In this document: positions 1-9,427 of the stretch, piece by piece
Layout: each line of letters starts with the position of its first letter
Position numbering within the stretch: the first letter of the stretch is position 1
Notes under the pieces: generated by a model
What the model saw: the letters and a program-made list of their open reading frames with translations, nothing else
Database searches by the model: none
What the model was told of the DNA's origin: nothing
Program-made: the position numbers and the translations under genes
Source: Gemmatimonadota bacterium
GTDB taxonomy: Bacteria > Gemmatimonadota > Gemmatimonadetes > Palauibacterales > Palauibacteraceae
Assembly (NCBI GenBank): GCA_965116475.1
Contig: OZ220691.1
Location: 1,632,001 to 1,696,000, forward strand
DNA: 64,000 nucleotides
Direction of reading: 5' to 3'

Positions 1-1
1 C

Positions 2-1456
2 TCCTGGTCCGCGGCGGAGACGGCAATCACCGGGTCGAGCGGTCTCGGGAACGCCTGGTCAGTCTCCGGCGGCGCCCGCTGGCGGCGGTCGAACGGCGCG
101 TTCACCTACGATGTCCCCGACTTCCGGGGCGGCGGGGAGGCGACCCGCGACAACTCCGCCTTCTCTCAGGCGGGAGGAGACGTCCGCATCACCCGGCGCG
201 GGAGCGCGCAGGCATCGCTGCGCGCCCACCTCAGCGACATCGAGCGCGGGAGCCCGGGGACGATCGCACAACCCTCCGCCACCGGCCGACAGCGCCACCG
301 CCGCTACGGGCTCGGCGCCACGGTCGAAGCGGACGGTGCGTCCCCGGCGTCAGGCCTCGGAGGCTCGGCCCGCGGTTCGGTCCAGTGGCAGCGCGCGGAC
401 TACGCGGATCCGGCCCCCCCCTTCGGGCGCGCCTACGACACCCGTACGCGGGTGCGGCGCGCGGAACTTGCTCTGGAGGGCTGGTGGAGCGCCGAAGCGG
501 CGCCGCCGTCGCGCGAGGACGCCCTCGACGTCCGGTTCGGCCTCCACGCGGCCCGGCTCGATGTCGAGTCGAACGCGCTGACCTCGTCCGCCATCGGCCT
601 CGACGAACTCGGGGCCTGGGCGCGCGCCGGGCGCGGCTGGCGGCTGCGGTCCGGTCTCCGCCTCGATGTGGGCACAGCCCTCCGCGCCGACCGGCATGAC
701 CTCGTGGACGGCGTGACCCTGTCGCCCGCCGTGGAAGCCGCGCTGACCCGCGCCGGGTTCGCCCTCGACCTCCGGTGGGGCCGCGGCTTCTCCCCGCCTG
801 GGCTCGGCGACCTCTTCTTCCAGGAAGGGGTCCTCGTCGAGCCCAACCCCGACCTCGGGCCGGAGCGCATACGGGGAGAACTCTCGGCGACGCTCGCCCA
901 GCGGTGGTCGGCCGGCCCCGCCGGCGGGGAACTGCGCGCGACCGTCTATCGCGCGGACCTCGACGGCATGATCCTCTGGTTCCCTGATCACCGCTTCGTG
1001 TGGAGCCCGGACAACTACGACGTTGCGCGCCGGGGCCTCGAACTCGGCGCCACGACCGACCTGGCCGCGTTCGGACGCACGCACAGCTTCACCGTCGGCG
1101 CCGCCTGGTCCGAGGTCGAGTACACGGGCGCCGTGCTGGATGGCCAGGTCGCCTACCGGCCGCGCTTCACGGCCGATGTGGCCCTGGGCATCGGGCTCCC
1201 GGCCGGGATCACGCTCACCCCGTCCGGCACACACGTCGGGTCGCGCCGCACGGTGCCCGGCTCGCCGCTGAACGCGCTCGCCGCCTACACGCTCGTCAAC
1301 GCCGGCATCGCCGTGCCCTTCGATTTCGGCCGGTTCGCCGGGCGGCTCGAGCTGGCCCTCACGAACCTCCTCGACGAACGCGCTGCGCTGCTCGTCGACT
1401 ATCCCCTGCCGGGCCGCGGCTGGTCGACGCGGATCCGCCTCGGAGCCGCGAGATGA
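2..1456 (+). CDS. TonB-dependent receptor, BtuB-like (5' end outside window)
   Basis: The frame of ORF 452..1456 reads open back to base 2. It has alternating beta-strand pattern, 'NPDLGPE' and the C-terminal 'NLLDE...YPLPGR' typical of TonB receptors. It lies next to cob genes. Confidence 0.85.
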   Translation, partial: SWSAAETAITGSSGLGNAWSVSGGARWRRSNGAFTYDVPDFRGGGEATRDNSAFSQAGGDVRITRRGSAQASLRAHLSDIERGSPGTIAQPSATGRQRHRRYGLGATVEADGASPASGLGGSARGSVQWQRADYADPAPPFGRAYDTRTRVRRAELALEGWWSAEAAPPSREDALDVRFGLHAARLDVESNALTSSAIGLDELGAWARAGRGWRLRSGLRLDVGTALRADRHDLVDGVTLSPAVEAALTRAGFALDLRWGRGFSPPGLGDLFFQEGVLVEPNPDLGPERIRGELSATLAQRWSAGPAGGELRATVYRADLDGMILWFPDHRFVWSPDNYDVARRGLELGATTDLAAFGRTHSFTVGAAWSEVEYTGAVLDGQVAYRPRFTADVALGIGLPAGITLTPSGTHVGSRRTVPGSPLNALAAYTLVNAGIAVPFDFGRFAGRLELALTNLLDERAALLVDYPLPGRGWSTRIRLGAAR

Positions 1457-1509
1457 CCGCGCAATCCACTTCGTTCACCGAACCCCCGTCAACCATGGAT
1501 GGATCTCTC

Positions 1510-2892
1510 ATGACCCGTATCTCGCTTCGCCCCATCATGCTCGTCGCCCTCGTCCTTCCAGCCGCATGCGGCGACGACACCCCCGCCCAACCCGTGGGCC
1601 CCACCGGGCCCGGCGCGCCCACCGTAACGATCACGTCGCCGGCCTCCGGCCTCATGGTCAGCGAAGGGACGCCGGTCCAGTTGGCCGGCACGGGCACGGA
1701 TCCGCAGGACGGCACGCTCGGGGGCGCCGCTCTGGCCTGGACGAGCTCGATCGACGGAGCGCTGGGCACGGGCTCGCCGCTCGAGGTCGAGTCGCCGTCG
1801 GTGGGCGTGCACACGATCACGCTGACGGCGACCGACGCCGACGGTAACACCGGCAACGCCTCGGTCTCGCTGCTGGTCGAGAGGCTGGAGTTTCTCGACG
1901 GAACGGTAAGCGACGCCCAGATCGGCGTCGTCGTGAACTCGAGCGCGAACGCGCTCCGGCTCTTTCAACTCGGCGATCCGGGCGAGCACCGGGACATCGC
2001 CCTGGGCGCGTCGAGCGCGGTGACGCCCACCGGCATCGGCATCCGCGGCGAGACGGGCGTCGTGCCGCTCGGAAACGCGGCCTCGGTCGCCGTCATCGAC
2101 CTCCGTACGCGGCAGATCGGCGGGTTCTTCCTCTTCGAGTCCGGGAACGCGACCGGGTCGGCATTCGTGGACGACCGGACGGTGCTGGCGGCCAACCAGC
2201 AGACGGATGAAGTGGGGAGATTCACGATCGGACAGGCGGGCGGCGCCATCGGCGACCTGGTCTCCGTGACGCAGTTTCCGACCGGCATCGTGCCGTTCTC
2301 CGGCTCGCTCGCCTTCGTCATCTCCGCCAACCTGGACGACAACTTCGCACCGGCGGGCGACGGCGTCGTGACGGCGCTCGACCCGCTCACGATGTCCGTC
2401 GTCGCCACGATCGAGACCGGCGGCACCAATGCTCAGTTCGGGGCCATCGGGCCGGATGGAATGTTGTACGTGATGAACACCGGCAACTACGTCGCCCCGT
2501 CGACGCTGGCGATCATCGATCCCGGTTCACTCGAACTCGTCGAAGTCGTCGAGGGATTTCCTCCGGGTTCGGGACACGTGCACATATCGGAGGACGGCAC
2601 GCTGTTCGCGTCGGCCTTCTTCGCGGGGACGGTGGCCTGGAACACAGTCACGAAGGCGTTCGAGCGGGACGCCTCCAACCCCATCTGCGCACCTCTCGCC
2701 GGCGGCGGTTGCCGGGGGGCCTTCGCCGCGCATACGTCCGCGGACGGTTCGCTCTACCAGACCTTCTTCGGCAGCGCGAGCCAGAACCTGCCGCCCTGGA
2801 TCTTCCGCTATGCTCCGGAGACCTGGGCGCTTGCCGACAGTATCCCGCCGGGACCGGGACCGGTGGGACTCGAGATCAGGAGCTTCCGGTAG
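1510..2892 (+). CDS. Lipoprotein with Ig/PKD-like domain and YncE-like beta-propeller (BtuG-like candidate)
   Basis: Signal MTRISLRPIMLVALVLPAA-C, then 'TVTITSP...WTSSIDGALGTG...HTITLTATD' Ig-like module and propeller-like repeats. ATG 1510 chosen; ATG 1453 and 1495 are also in frame. Confidence 0.7.
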   Translation: MTRISLRPIMLVALVLPAACGDDTPAQPVGPTGPGAPTVTITSPASGLMVSEGTPVQLAGTGTDPQDGTLGGAALAWTSSIDGALGTGSPLEVESPSVGVHTITLTATDADGNTGNASVSLLVERLEFLDGTVSDAQIGVVVNSSANALRLFQLGDPGEHRDIALGASSAVTPTGIGIRGETGVVPLGNAASVAVIDLRTRQIGGFFLFESGNATGSAFVDDRTVLAANQQTDEVGRFTIGQAGGAIGDLVSVTQFPTGIVPFSGSLAFVISANLDDNFAPAGDGVVTALDPLTMSVVATIETGGTNAQFGAIGPDGMLYVMNTGNYVAPSTLAIIDPGSLELVEVVEGFPPGSGHVHISEDGTLFASAFFAGTVAWNTVTKAFERDASNPICAPLAGGGCRGAFAAHTSADGSLYQTFFGSASQNLPPWIFRYAPETWALADSIPPGPGPVGLEIRSFR

Positions 2893-3463
2893 GCTGGGTC
2901 GGGCAGGCGGGGTCCGGCGGACTGGACCGGGGGCACGGCCGCGTGAACCGCTTGGCCGCCAGGAAGTCGAGCCGCCGGTCGATGGCCCGTTCCCAGGCGA
3001 GGCCGTCGGCCACCACGTCGAGGCAGTGCACCACGCCGGCGTGCGCCATCAGGAAATGGGCCCCCGAGTCAAGGTCTCGCCACCACGCGGCCACCCGCCC
3101 GGTGAACGCGGCGACGGTCTCCCCGCCGGGGGGAGACCGGGTCTGCCAGTCGGCCATCCATTCGTCGGCTTCGGCGCGCGGCACGGCGTCCCAGGCCCGG
3201 CCCTCCCAATCGCCGTAGGACATCTCGCGCACCCGCCGATCAATGCGGTGCGGGACGCCGAGCCGCTCCGCGAGCAGCGCGGCCGGCTCGCGGCAACGGA
3301 CGGCATCGGACGACCAGATCATGCCCGGGGCGAACTCGGCCACGACGGGCTCGATGCGCGCGGCCGCTTCGGCCCCGTCCAGCGTCGTGGGCACGTCCGT
3401 CTGCCCGTAGACGATGCCCTCCACGGCGACGGGTGCGTGCCGGATGGCGAGGAGGTGGATCAC
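2876..3463 (-). CDS. cobC: Histidine phosphatase, alpha-ribazole phosphatase-like
   Basis: RHA motif, 'YGQTDVP', 'EMSYGDWEG', 'GGET', 'HAGV'; last gene of the cob operon. Confidence 0.8.
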   Translation of the reverse strand: MIHLLAIRHAPVAVEGIVYGQTDVPTTLDGAEAAARIEPVVAEFAPGMIWSSDAVRCREPAALLAERLGVPHRIDRRVREMSYGDWEGRAWDAVPRAEADEWMADWQTRSPPGGETVAAFTGRVAAWWRDLDSGAHFLMAHAGVVHCLDVVADGLAWERAIDRRLDFLAAKRFTRPCPRSSPPDPACPTQPTGSS

Positions 3464-4257
3464 GCGGCGGCCCGCGCGACCTGCACCGCGAGCACGGCGA
3501 CGAGGATCGCGATCTCGTTCACCTGCTCCGTGGCGCCGAGGAAGTCGCCGGTCACGCCGGCGGCGCGCGCGCGGAATCGCCAGCCGCAGAGTGCGGTGGC
3601 GAGGGCCATCGCGGCAAACGCGGCGAGGGCGCCGGTCGCATCGATCGCACCCGTCGTCACCACCGTGGCCGCGCCGGCCACGCCGACCGCGGTCGCAAGC
3701 GCTGCCTGCGCGGCCCCGGCGCGCGCGACGTGACGGCTCTTCGCCGCCGCGGCGCTCGCGTAGGGGAGGGCGGCCATCAGCCAGACCGGGCCGACCCGCG
3801 CCAGGCCGTGCGCGAGGACCAGGGCGGCGGGCGCTGCCGCGAGCCCGGACGCCCCCGCCGCACCCCCCAACTGCGCGAGCAGCACCAGCCGGAACGCGAC
3901 GGACATCACGAGGGCCAGCGCCCCGAAGGCGCCGACCCGCGAGTCCTTCAGGATGACGAAGATCTCCTCGCGGTTCGTCGCTCCGCCCAGCGCGTCGGCC
4001 GTGTCAGCCAATCCGTCCTCATGGAAGGCGCCCGTCAGCAGGATCAACACGACGAGCACGCTCATCGCCGCCACCCACGGCCCCAGCGGCGCCACCAATC
4101 CCCACACGGCCGCGCACACCCCTCCGAGCACCAGTCCGACCAGGGGGAACCACGCCGAGGCCCATCGCCACTCCGCCGCCGAGTAGGGAAAGCCGCCCAG
4201 CGGCAGACGCGTCAGGAAGACGAAAGCGGCGCGCGCGCCTCGGAGCGATGTCCTCAC
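3460..4257 (-). CDS. cobS: Adenosylcobinamide-GDP ribazoletransferase (cobalamin synthase)
   Basis: FLTRLP, 'TGAFHEDGLADTAD', 'KDSRVGAFG', 'GVTGDFLGA'. GTG start overlaps the cobU stop (GTGA). Confidence 0.93.
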   Translation of the reverse strand: MRTSLRGARAAFVFLTRLPLGGFPYSAAEWRWASAWFPLVGLVLGGVCAAVWGLVAPLGPWVAAMSVLVVLILLTGAFHEDGLADTADALGGATNREEIFVILKDSRVGAFGALALVMSVAFRLVLLAQLGGAAGASGLAAAPAALVLAHGLARVGPVWLMAALPYASAAAAKSRHVARAGAAQAALATAVGVAGAATVVTTGAIDATGALAAFAAMALATALCGWRFRARAAGVTGDFLGATEQVNEIAILVAVLAVQVARAAA

Positions 4258-4787
4258 TTCAACCGCAACTCCAGCCCGGAGACCATGAGCACCACCCGGT
4301 CCGCGGCGGCGGCGAGACGCTGATTCGCGATGCCCAGCCCGTCCTGGTACCAGCGCCCCAGAGCCGTGGGCGGGTGCACGCTCCACCCCACCTCGTTCGT
4401 CACGACGATCAGTACGCCGGCGCGCGCGGCGCGCGCATCGAGGATCCCGTCGACCTCGGCGGCCATCGCATCCAGCGCGGCCGCCTCGGCGGTGGCGCCG
4501 GAGCGCCCTATGGCCATGCCGGTCAGCACGGTCACGCAATCCAGCAGCACGGTGTTCGTGACGGCGGCGAGGACGGCTTCGCCCGCCCGCGCGGGGGTCT
4601 CGATCGTGTGCCAGCCCGCGGGACGATCGCGGCGGTGGGCCTCGATCCTGCCGCGCATCTCATCGTCGACGGCCTCCGCGGTCGCGATCACGGTGACCTC
4701 TTCCCCGCCGCGCGCCAGCGCCTCATCGCGGGCCCACCGGCTCTTGCCCGAGCGCACCCCGCCAGTCACGAGGAGGAGTTCCATCAT
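4254..4787 (-). CDS. cobU: Adenosylcobinamide kinase / adenosylcobinamide-phosphate guanylyltransferase
   Basis: 'TGGVRSGKS' P-loop, 'RIEAHRRDRP', 'LLDC', 'VTNEVG'. ATGA overlap with the cobT stop. Confidence 0.93.
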   Translation of the reverse strand: MMELLLVTGGVRSGKSRWARDEALARGGEEVTVIATAEAVDDEMRGRIEAHRRDRPAGWHTIETPARAGEAVLAAVTNTVLLDCVTVLTGMAIGRSGATAEAAALDAMAAEVDGILDARAARAGVLIVVTNEVGWSVHPPTALGRWYQDGLGIANQRLAAAADRVVLMVSGLELRLK

Positions 4788-5896
4788 GATCCCGCCCGCG
4801 GCGGACCGCCGTCCGGTCCCGAGATCCCCGCCGACTCGAAGGTCGCCATCTCGCGGAGCAGCGCCGCGGCCGCGCGCACGACGGGGATGGCGAGCGCGCA
4901 CCCGGTACCCTCGCCGAGCCGCATCTCGAGGTCGAACAGGGGCACGAGGCCGAGCGCATCGAGCGCCACCGCGTGCCCCGGCTCGGCCGAGCGGTGCGAT
5001 GCGACGAGGTACGACGGCAGGCCGGGGCAGAGGCGGCGGGCCGCCAGCGCCGCGGCCGACGAGATGAACCCGTCCACCAGCACGAGGCCTCCGCGCGCCG
5101 CCGCGCCGATCATGGCGCCCGACATGGCCGCGATCTCGAGCCCACCCACCTGCCGCAGCACCGCGACGGCATCGTCCCGGGGATCCTCGCCGCGGGCGAC
5201 CCGCGCCACGGCGCCCTCCACCACGTCGCGCTTCCGGGCCAGCCCGCCGTCGTCAACGCCCGTCCCGCGGCCGACGACCTCGCGCGCCGCCGCCCCGGTC
5301 AGGCAGGCCGTCACCGCGGCCGCCGCGGTGGTGTTCCCGATGCCCATCTCGCCCACGCCCACGAGCCAGGGGCCCGGGGACGCGCCGGTTCCGGTGGAGA
5401 CATCCCCGCCTCCCGCCACCTCCACGCCCACCGCCAGAGCGGCTTCGACTTCGCGCGCGGTCATCGCCGACCCTGCCGAAAGGTCGTCCGTGCCGGCGCG
5501 GACCTTCCGGTGCTCGATTCCCGCCAGCCCGTCGAGGTCCGCCGCGACGCCCACGTCGACGACCCGCACCCGCGCACCGCACGCCCGCGTGAGCACGTTG
5601 ATCGCCGCGCCGCCACCGGAGAAGTTCGCGCACATCTGCGCCGTGACCTCGGCCGGATACGCCGACACACCCTGCCCGGCGACCCCGTGATCGGCCGCGA
5701 AGACGAATACCACCGCGTCGTCGAGCGCAGGCGGCGGATCGCCCAGGACCACGCCCACCTGGAGCGCCAGTTCCTCGAGGCGCCCAAGGCTGCCCGGCGG
5801 CTTGGTCAGCGCGTCGAGGTGCGCCTGGACCGCCACGGGGTCTCCCCGCGGAGCTGCAACGGCTTCAGCGGCTGCAACGGCTGCGCGCGCGATCAT
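4784..5896 (-). CDS. cobT: Nicotinate-nucleotide-dimethylbenzimidazole phosphoribosyltransferase
   Basis: 'LTKPPGSLGRLE', 'AADHG', 'GEMGIGNTT', 'GGLEIA', 'MRLGEGTG'. Start uncertain (ATG 5896 or GTG 5926). Confidence 0.93.
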   Translation of the reverse strand: MIARAAVAAAEAVAAPRGDPVAVQAHLDALTKPPGSLGRLEELALQVGVVLGDPPPALDDAVVFVFAADHGVAGQGVSAYPAEVTAQMCANFSGGGAAINVLTRACGARVRVVDVGVAADLDGLAGIEHRKVRAGTDDLSAGSAMTAREVEAALAVGVEVAGGGDVSTGTGASPGPWLVGVGEMGIGNTTAAAAVTACLTGAAAREVVGRGTGVDDGGLARKRDVVEGAVARVARGEDPRDDAVAVLRQVGGLEIAAMSGAMIGAAARGGLVLVDGFISSAAALAARRLCPGLPSYLVASHRSAEPGHAVALDALGLVPLFDLEMRLGEGTGCALAIPVVRAAAALLREMATFESAGISGPDGGPPRAGS

Positions 5897-6137
5897 GCGC
5901 TCTGGAGATGCGGCAAGGGTATTCACGATGGGTTCGGGACAACGGCAGAGATGCGGGCCACCGAATTCGACCGCCGCCACCATAGGGTTGAGGGCAGAGG
6001 CGAGCCAGATGCGAACCGGTTTCGAGCCAGACGCGAGCGCCCGCACTACTGGTCGCATACTGGTCGCATACCGTCGGAATATGCTAGTCTCGGGGGTTGG
6101 TGTCGTGCTCCCGTGCTCGCGGAAAACGAGGTGTGCC

Positions 6138-7061
6138 ATGAGAAAGCCCCGATTCATCCTCCCCCTGCTCGCAGTGTGCGCGCTGTTCGCCGTCTCCGCC
6201 CCGGCGCTGGCGGGCCAGCAGCGGAACATGACGCCCGAAGAGCGCGCCCGGCTGGCCGCCGAGCGTGAGCGGCAGGTGCAGGAGGAACTCGTGTCCGAGC
6301 GGCCGATCGAGGCGTTCGACACCGTGTGGATCGAGGAGATGACGTGGATGGAGGTCCGAGACGCGATGGCGGCCGGGAAGACCACCGCGATCATCACGAC
6401 GGGCGGCATCGAGCAGAACGGACCCTACCTCGCCACCGGCAAGCACAACTACGTGCTGCAGGGCGCCTGCGAGGGCGTGGCGCGCGAACTCGGGAACGCG
6501 CTCTGCGCGCCGGTCATCAAGCTCGTCCCCGAGGGCGACATCGACGAACCGTCAGGGCACATGCGGTATCCGGGGACGATCAGCCTCCGGCAGGAGACGT
6601 TCGAGGCCGTGCTCGATGACGTGGCGTCGAGCCTCAAGGCGCACGGCTTCGAGCACATTATCCTGTTCGGCGACAGCGGCGGGAACCAGTCGGGCATGGA
6701 GGCGGTCGCCGCCCGCCTGAACGAGCGCTGGTACGACGCGCAGGCGCACTTCATCCCCGAGTTCTACCGCTACCGCGACGTCCATGACTGGATGAACACC
6801 GAACTCGGCATCTTCGAGACGGATCCGGAGGGGATCCACGACGACTTCGTCATCACGGCGATCATGATGGTCGAGGACCCGGCGATGGTCCGCTACGACG
6901 AGCGCGTGGCGGCGGGAAGAGCCAGCATCAACGGCGTCTCCATCGCCCCCAGGGAGGAGGCGATCGCCACGGGCCGGAAACTGCTCCGGTTCCGGGTGGA
7001 GGAGACCGTGAAGGCGATCCGCGCTTCGATCGAGGCGGGCATGGCGGAAGCGGGGCGATGA
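6138..7061 (+). CDS. Exported creatininase-family protein
   Basis: Signal peptide MRKPRFILPLL...ALA; 'EEMTWMEV', 'TGGIEQNGP', 'PGTISL', 'GDSGGNQ'. Confidence 0.8.
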   Translation: MRKPRFILPLLAVCALFAVSAPALAGQQRNMTPEERARLAAERERQVQEELVSERPIEAFDTVWIEEMTWMEVRDAMAAGKTTAIITTGGIEQNGPYLATGKHNYVLQGACEGVARELGNALCAPVIKLVPEGDIDEPSGHMRYPGTISLRQETFEAVLDDVASSLKAHGFEHIILFGDSGGNQSGMEAVAARLNERWYDAQAHFIPEFYRYRDVHDWMNTELGIFETDPEGIHDDFVITAIMMVEDPAMVRYDERVAAGRASINGVSIAPREEAIATGRKLLRFRVEETVKAIRASIEAGMAEAGR

Positions 7062-7924
7062 GGCCTGCCCGGATCCTGGCGACCCGTGGCAAAGGCGCCG
7101 CTGCACTCGCCGCGGTTTTCGCGGCGCTGTGCGCCGAAGCCGCACCGCTCAGGGGCCAGATCCCCCTCGGCAACCCCAGCGGGAGGGGGCAGACGGTGAC
7201 GCCCGCCTTCGAGGGCTGGTACCCGAACGCGGACGGCACGCTGTCGCTCTCGTTCGGCTACTTCAACCGCAACTTCGAGGAGACGATCGAGGTCCCCCTG
7301 GGACCGGACAACACGATCGAGCCGGCGGAGTTTCAGGGGGCGCAGCCCACCTCGTTCGCCCCGCGGCGCCACTACGGCGTGTTCGTCGTTCGGGTCCCGG
7401 CGGACTTCGGCGAGGGGAAGGTCTACTGGACGCTGAAGATGCGCGGCCAGACGCTCCGCATCCCGGGCCACCTGCACCGCGACTGGCAGATCGACGCGCT
7501 CAAGGGCGAAGCCGGAGACGGGAACACGCCCCCCGTCCTCCGGTTCGGCGCGGGCGAGGAAGGCGCGGGGCCCGCCGGTGCCTGGGGAGGCCCCCTCACG
7601 GGCCGGGTCGGGGAACCGCTCGACGTGCCCGTCCACGTCCGGGACGACGGCGTGGGCCGGAGCCATTTCGTGGCGGGCAGCCGCGACGGCTCACCGGTCA
7701 ACCTCACCTGGTTCAAGCACCAGGGTCCGGGCGAGGTGACGTTCGGCGAGCCGACGGCCCGGGTCCCGGCCAGCGGAGCCGAAGCCGCCACCCGGGTCAC
7801 CTTCAGCGATCCGGGAGAGTACATCCTGCGCGTGCGGGCGAACGACGGATCGGGCGTCTCCGCCGCCGGGCACGCGCAATGCTGCTGGACGAACGGGTTC
7901 GTTCGGGTCATGGTCAACCCGTGA
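7058..7924 (+). CDS. Conserved exported protein with C-terminal Ig/PKD-like module
   Basis: ATGA overlap with the previous gene; signal peptide; 'PAFEGWY..N.DG..SFGYFNRN', 'TFSDPGEYILRVRAND', 'CCWTN'. Confidence 0.7.
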   Translation: MRPARILATRGKGAAALAAVFAALCAEAAPLRGQIPLGNPSGRGQTVTPAFEGWYPNADGTLSLSFGYFNRNFEETIEVPLGPDNTIEPAEFQGAQPTSFAPRRHYGVFVVRVPADFGEGKVYWTLKMRGQTLRIPGHLHRDWQIDALKGEAGDGNTPPVLRFGAGEEGAGPAGAWGGPLTGRVGEPLDVPVHVRDDGVGRSHFVAGSRDGSPVNLTWFKHQGPGEVTFGEPTARVPASGAEAATRVTFSDPGEYILRVRANDGSGVSAAGHAQCCWTNGFVRVMVNP

Positions 7925-7958
7925 CCGGCGGATTCGACGAGGTTCGAGGAGAACGACG

Positions 7959-9377
7959 ATGAGACAGTTCGATCCCACTTCCCTGAAACGAGCCGGCATC
8001 GCGTTCGGCGCGGCAGTTGGCGCCGCAGTTGGCGCCGCACTCGCCACCCTGGCCGTCGCGGGGCCGGCGCAGGCGCAGGAGAACGGTGCCGGGGAGGTGA
8101 CGTTCAACCGGGACGTGGCGCCGATCCTCCAGGCGAACTGCCAGGAGTGCCACCAGGAAGGCTCGATCGCCCCGATGTCGCTCCTCACGTACCGGGACGC
8201 CTACCGCTGGGCGTCGAGCATCCGCGAGAAGGTCTCGAACCGCGTCATGCCGCCCTGGCACCTCGACCTCACGGTCGGGATCCAGGAGTTCCGGAACGAC
8301 CGCAGCTTGTCGAGCGAGGAGATCGCGACGATCATCGCGTGGATCGACGGCGGCCGGGTGGAGGGCGATGCCGCGGACCTGCCGCCGCCCGCCGAGTTCC
8401 CCGACCCGAACGAATGGCGCCTCCTCGATGAGTTCGGGGAACCCGACCTCGTCATCGCGTCCGAACCCTACACGCTCGAAGCCGAGACGATGGACAAGTG
8501 GTGGCGGCCCGTCACGCCGACCGGCATCACGGAGCCGCGCTGGGTGAAGGCGATCGAGATCAAGCCGGCAGGCAACGACGCGCGCACGATCACGCACCAC
8601 GTGCTCGCCTTCCTCCAGCAGGACGAGGAGGAAAGCCCCATGAGCGCCGGCATCGTCGAGGCGAGCACGCGCGGGGGCGCGATGGGCGGCCCGGGCCTGT
8701 TCATGGAGTGGGCCGTGGGCAAGGAGGGCGAGATCTTCCCCGAGGGCGCGGGCAAGATCATGCTCCCCGGTTCCCGGATCCGCTGGGAGGTCCACCTCCA
8801 CGCGATGGGCAAGCTCGTCGAGGACAGCTACGTCGAACTCGGCGTCTGGTTCTATCCCAAGGGCGAGGAGCCCCGGAACCGCACGCGGCTCATGTTCTAC
8901 AACGCCACGGGCCGGACCGGCCTCGACATCCCGCCCGGCGAGATCGCGGTCACGCAGGACTTCCACACGCTGCGCTGGCCCGCGCGCCTGGAGAACTTCC
9001 AGCCGCACATGCACATGCGCGGCAAGGCGATGTCGCTCGAGGCGATCTACCCGGACGGCCGCAAGGAGTTGATCAACCAGGTCGACAACTTCCAGTGGAA
9101 CTGGCACATCAACTACATCTACGAGGAAGACGCCGCCCCGCTTCTCCCCGCGGGCACGACGCTCGTCATCACCGCCTGGCACGACAACACGGCCGAGAAC
9201 CCGAACAACCCCGACCACGAGCAGTGGGTCGGCTACGGGGACCGGACCGTGGACGAGATGGCGCACCTGTGGGTCGATGTGACCTTCCTCGATCCCATGG
9301 AGTTCGAGGCCCTGATCGCCGCGCGCGAGGAGGCAAGGCGCGCCGCCGAGACCCAGACGAACAACTCGAACCACTAG
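7959..9377 (+). CDS. Exported heme c + copper type II (PHM/DBH-like) monooxygenase-domain protein
   Basis: Signal peptide; CQECH heme motif with 'MPPW'; THHV, EVHLH, PHMH and DEM copper-ligand pattern. Confidence 0.75.
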   Translation: MRQFDPTSLKRAGIAFGAAVGAAVGAALATLAVAGPAQAQENGAGEVTFNRDVAPILQANCQECHQEGSIAPMSLLTYRDAYRWASSIREKVSNRVMPPWHLDLTVGIQEFRNDRSLSSEEIATIIAWIDGGRVEGDAADLPPPAEFPDPNEWRLLDEFGEPDLVIASEPYTLEAETMDKWWRPVTPTGITEPRWVKAIEIKPAGNDARTITHHVLAFLQQDEEESPMSAGIVEASTRGGAMGGPGLFMEWAVGKEGEIFPEGAGKIMLPGSRIRWEVHLHAMGKLVEDSYVELGVWFYPKGEEPRNRTRLMFYNATGRTGLDIPPGEIAVTQDFHTLRWPARLENFQPHMHMRGKAMSLEAIYPDGRKELINQVDNFQWNWHINYIYEEDAAPLLPAGTTLVITAWHDNTAENPNNPDHEQWVGYGDRTVDEMAHLWVDVTFLDPMEFEALIAAREEARRAAETQTNNSNH

Positions 9378-9427
9378 GCAGCGTCGGGAAGCCGCGCGCA
9401 GCAGACGGCGCCGGAGTTCCGGATCGA

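Noticed and set aside
1000..1509. Long N-terminal extension on the lipoprotein ORF (similar extensions on cobS, cobT, creatininase and M56-2)
   Set aside because: Artefacts of longest-ORF calling; they overlap real neighbouring genes and precede clear signal peptides or domain starts.
5897..6137. Cobalamin riboswitch upstream of cobT
   Set aside because: I could not find the conserved elements (GGGAA, CCCGC-ACTGT, GCCACTG, AGYCAG) in order on the minus strand. Only an 11-bp tandem duplication at 6047-6071 is visible. An Rfam scan would settle it.
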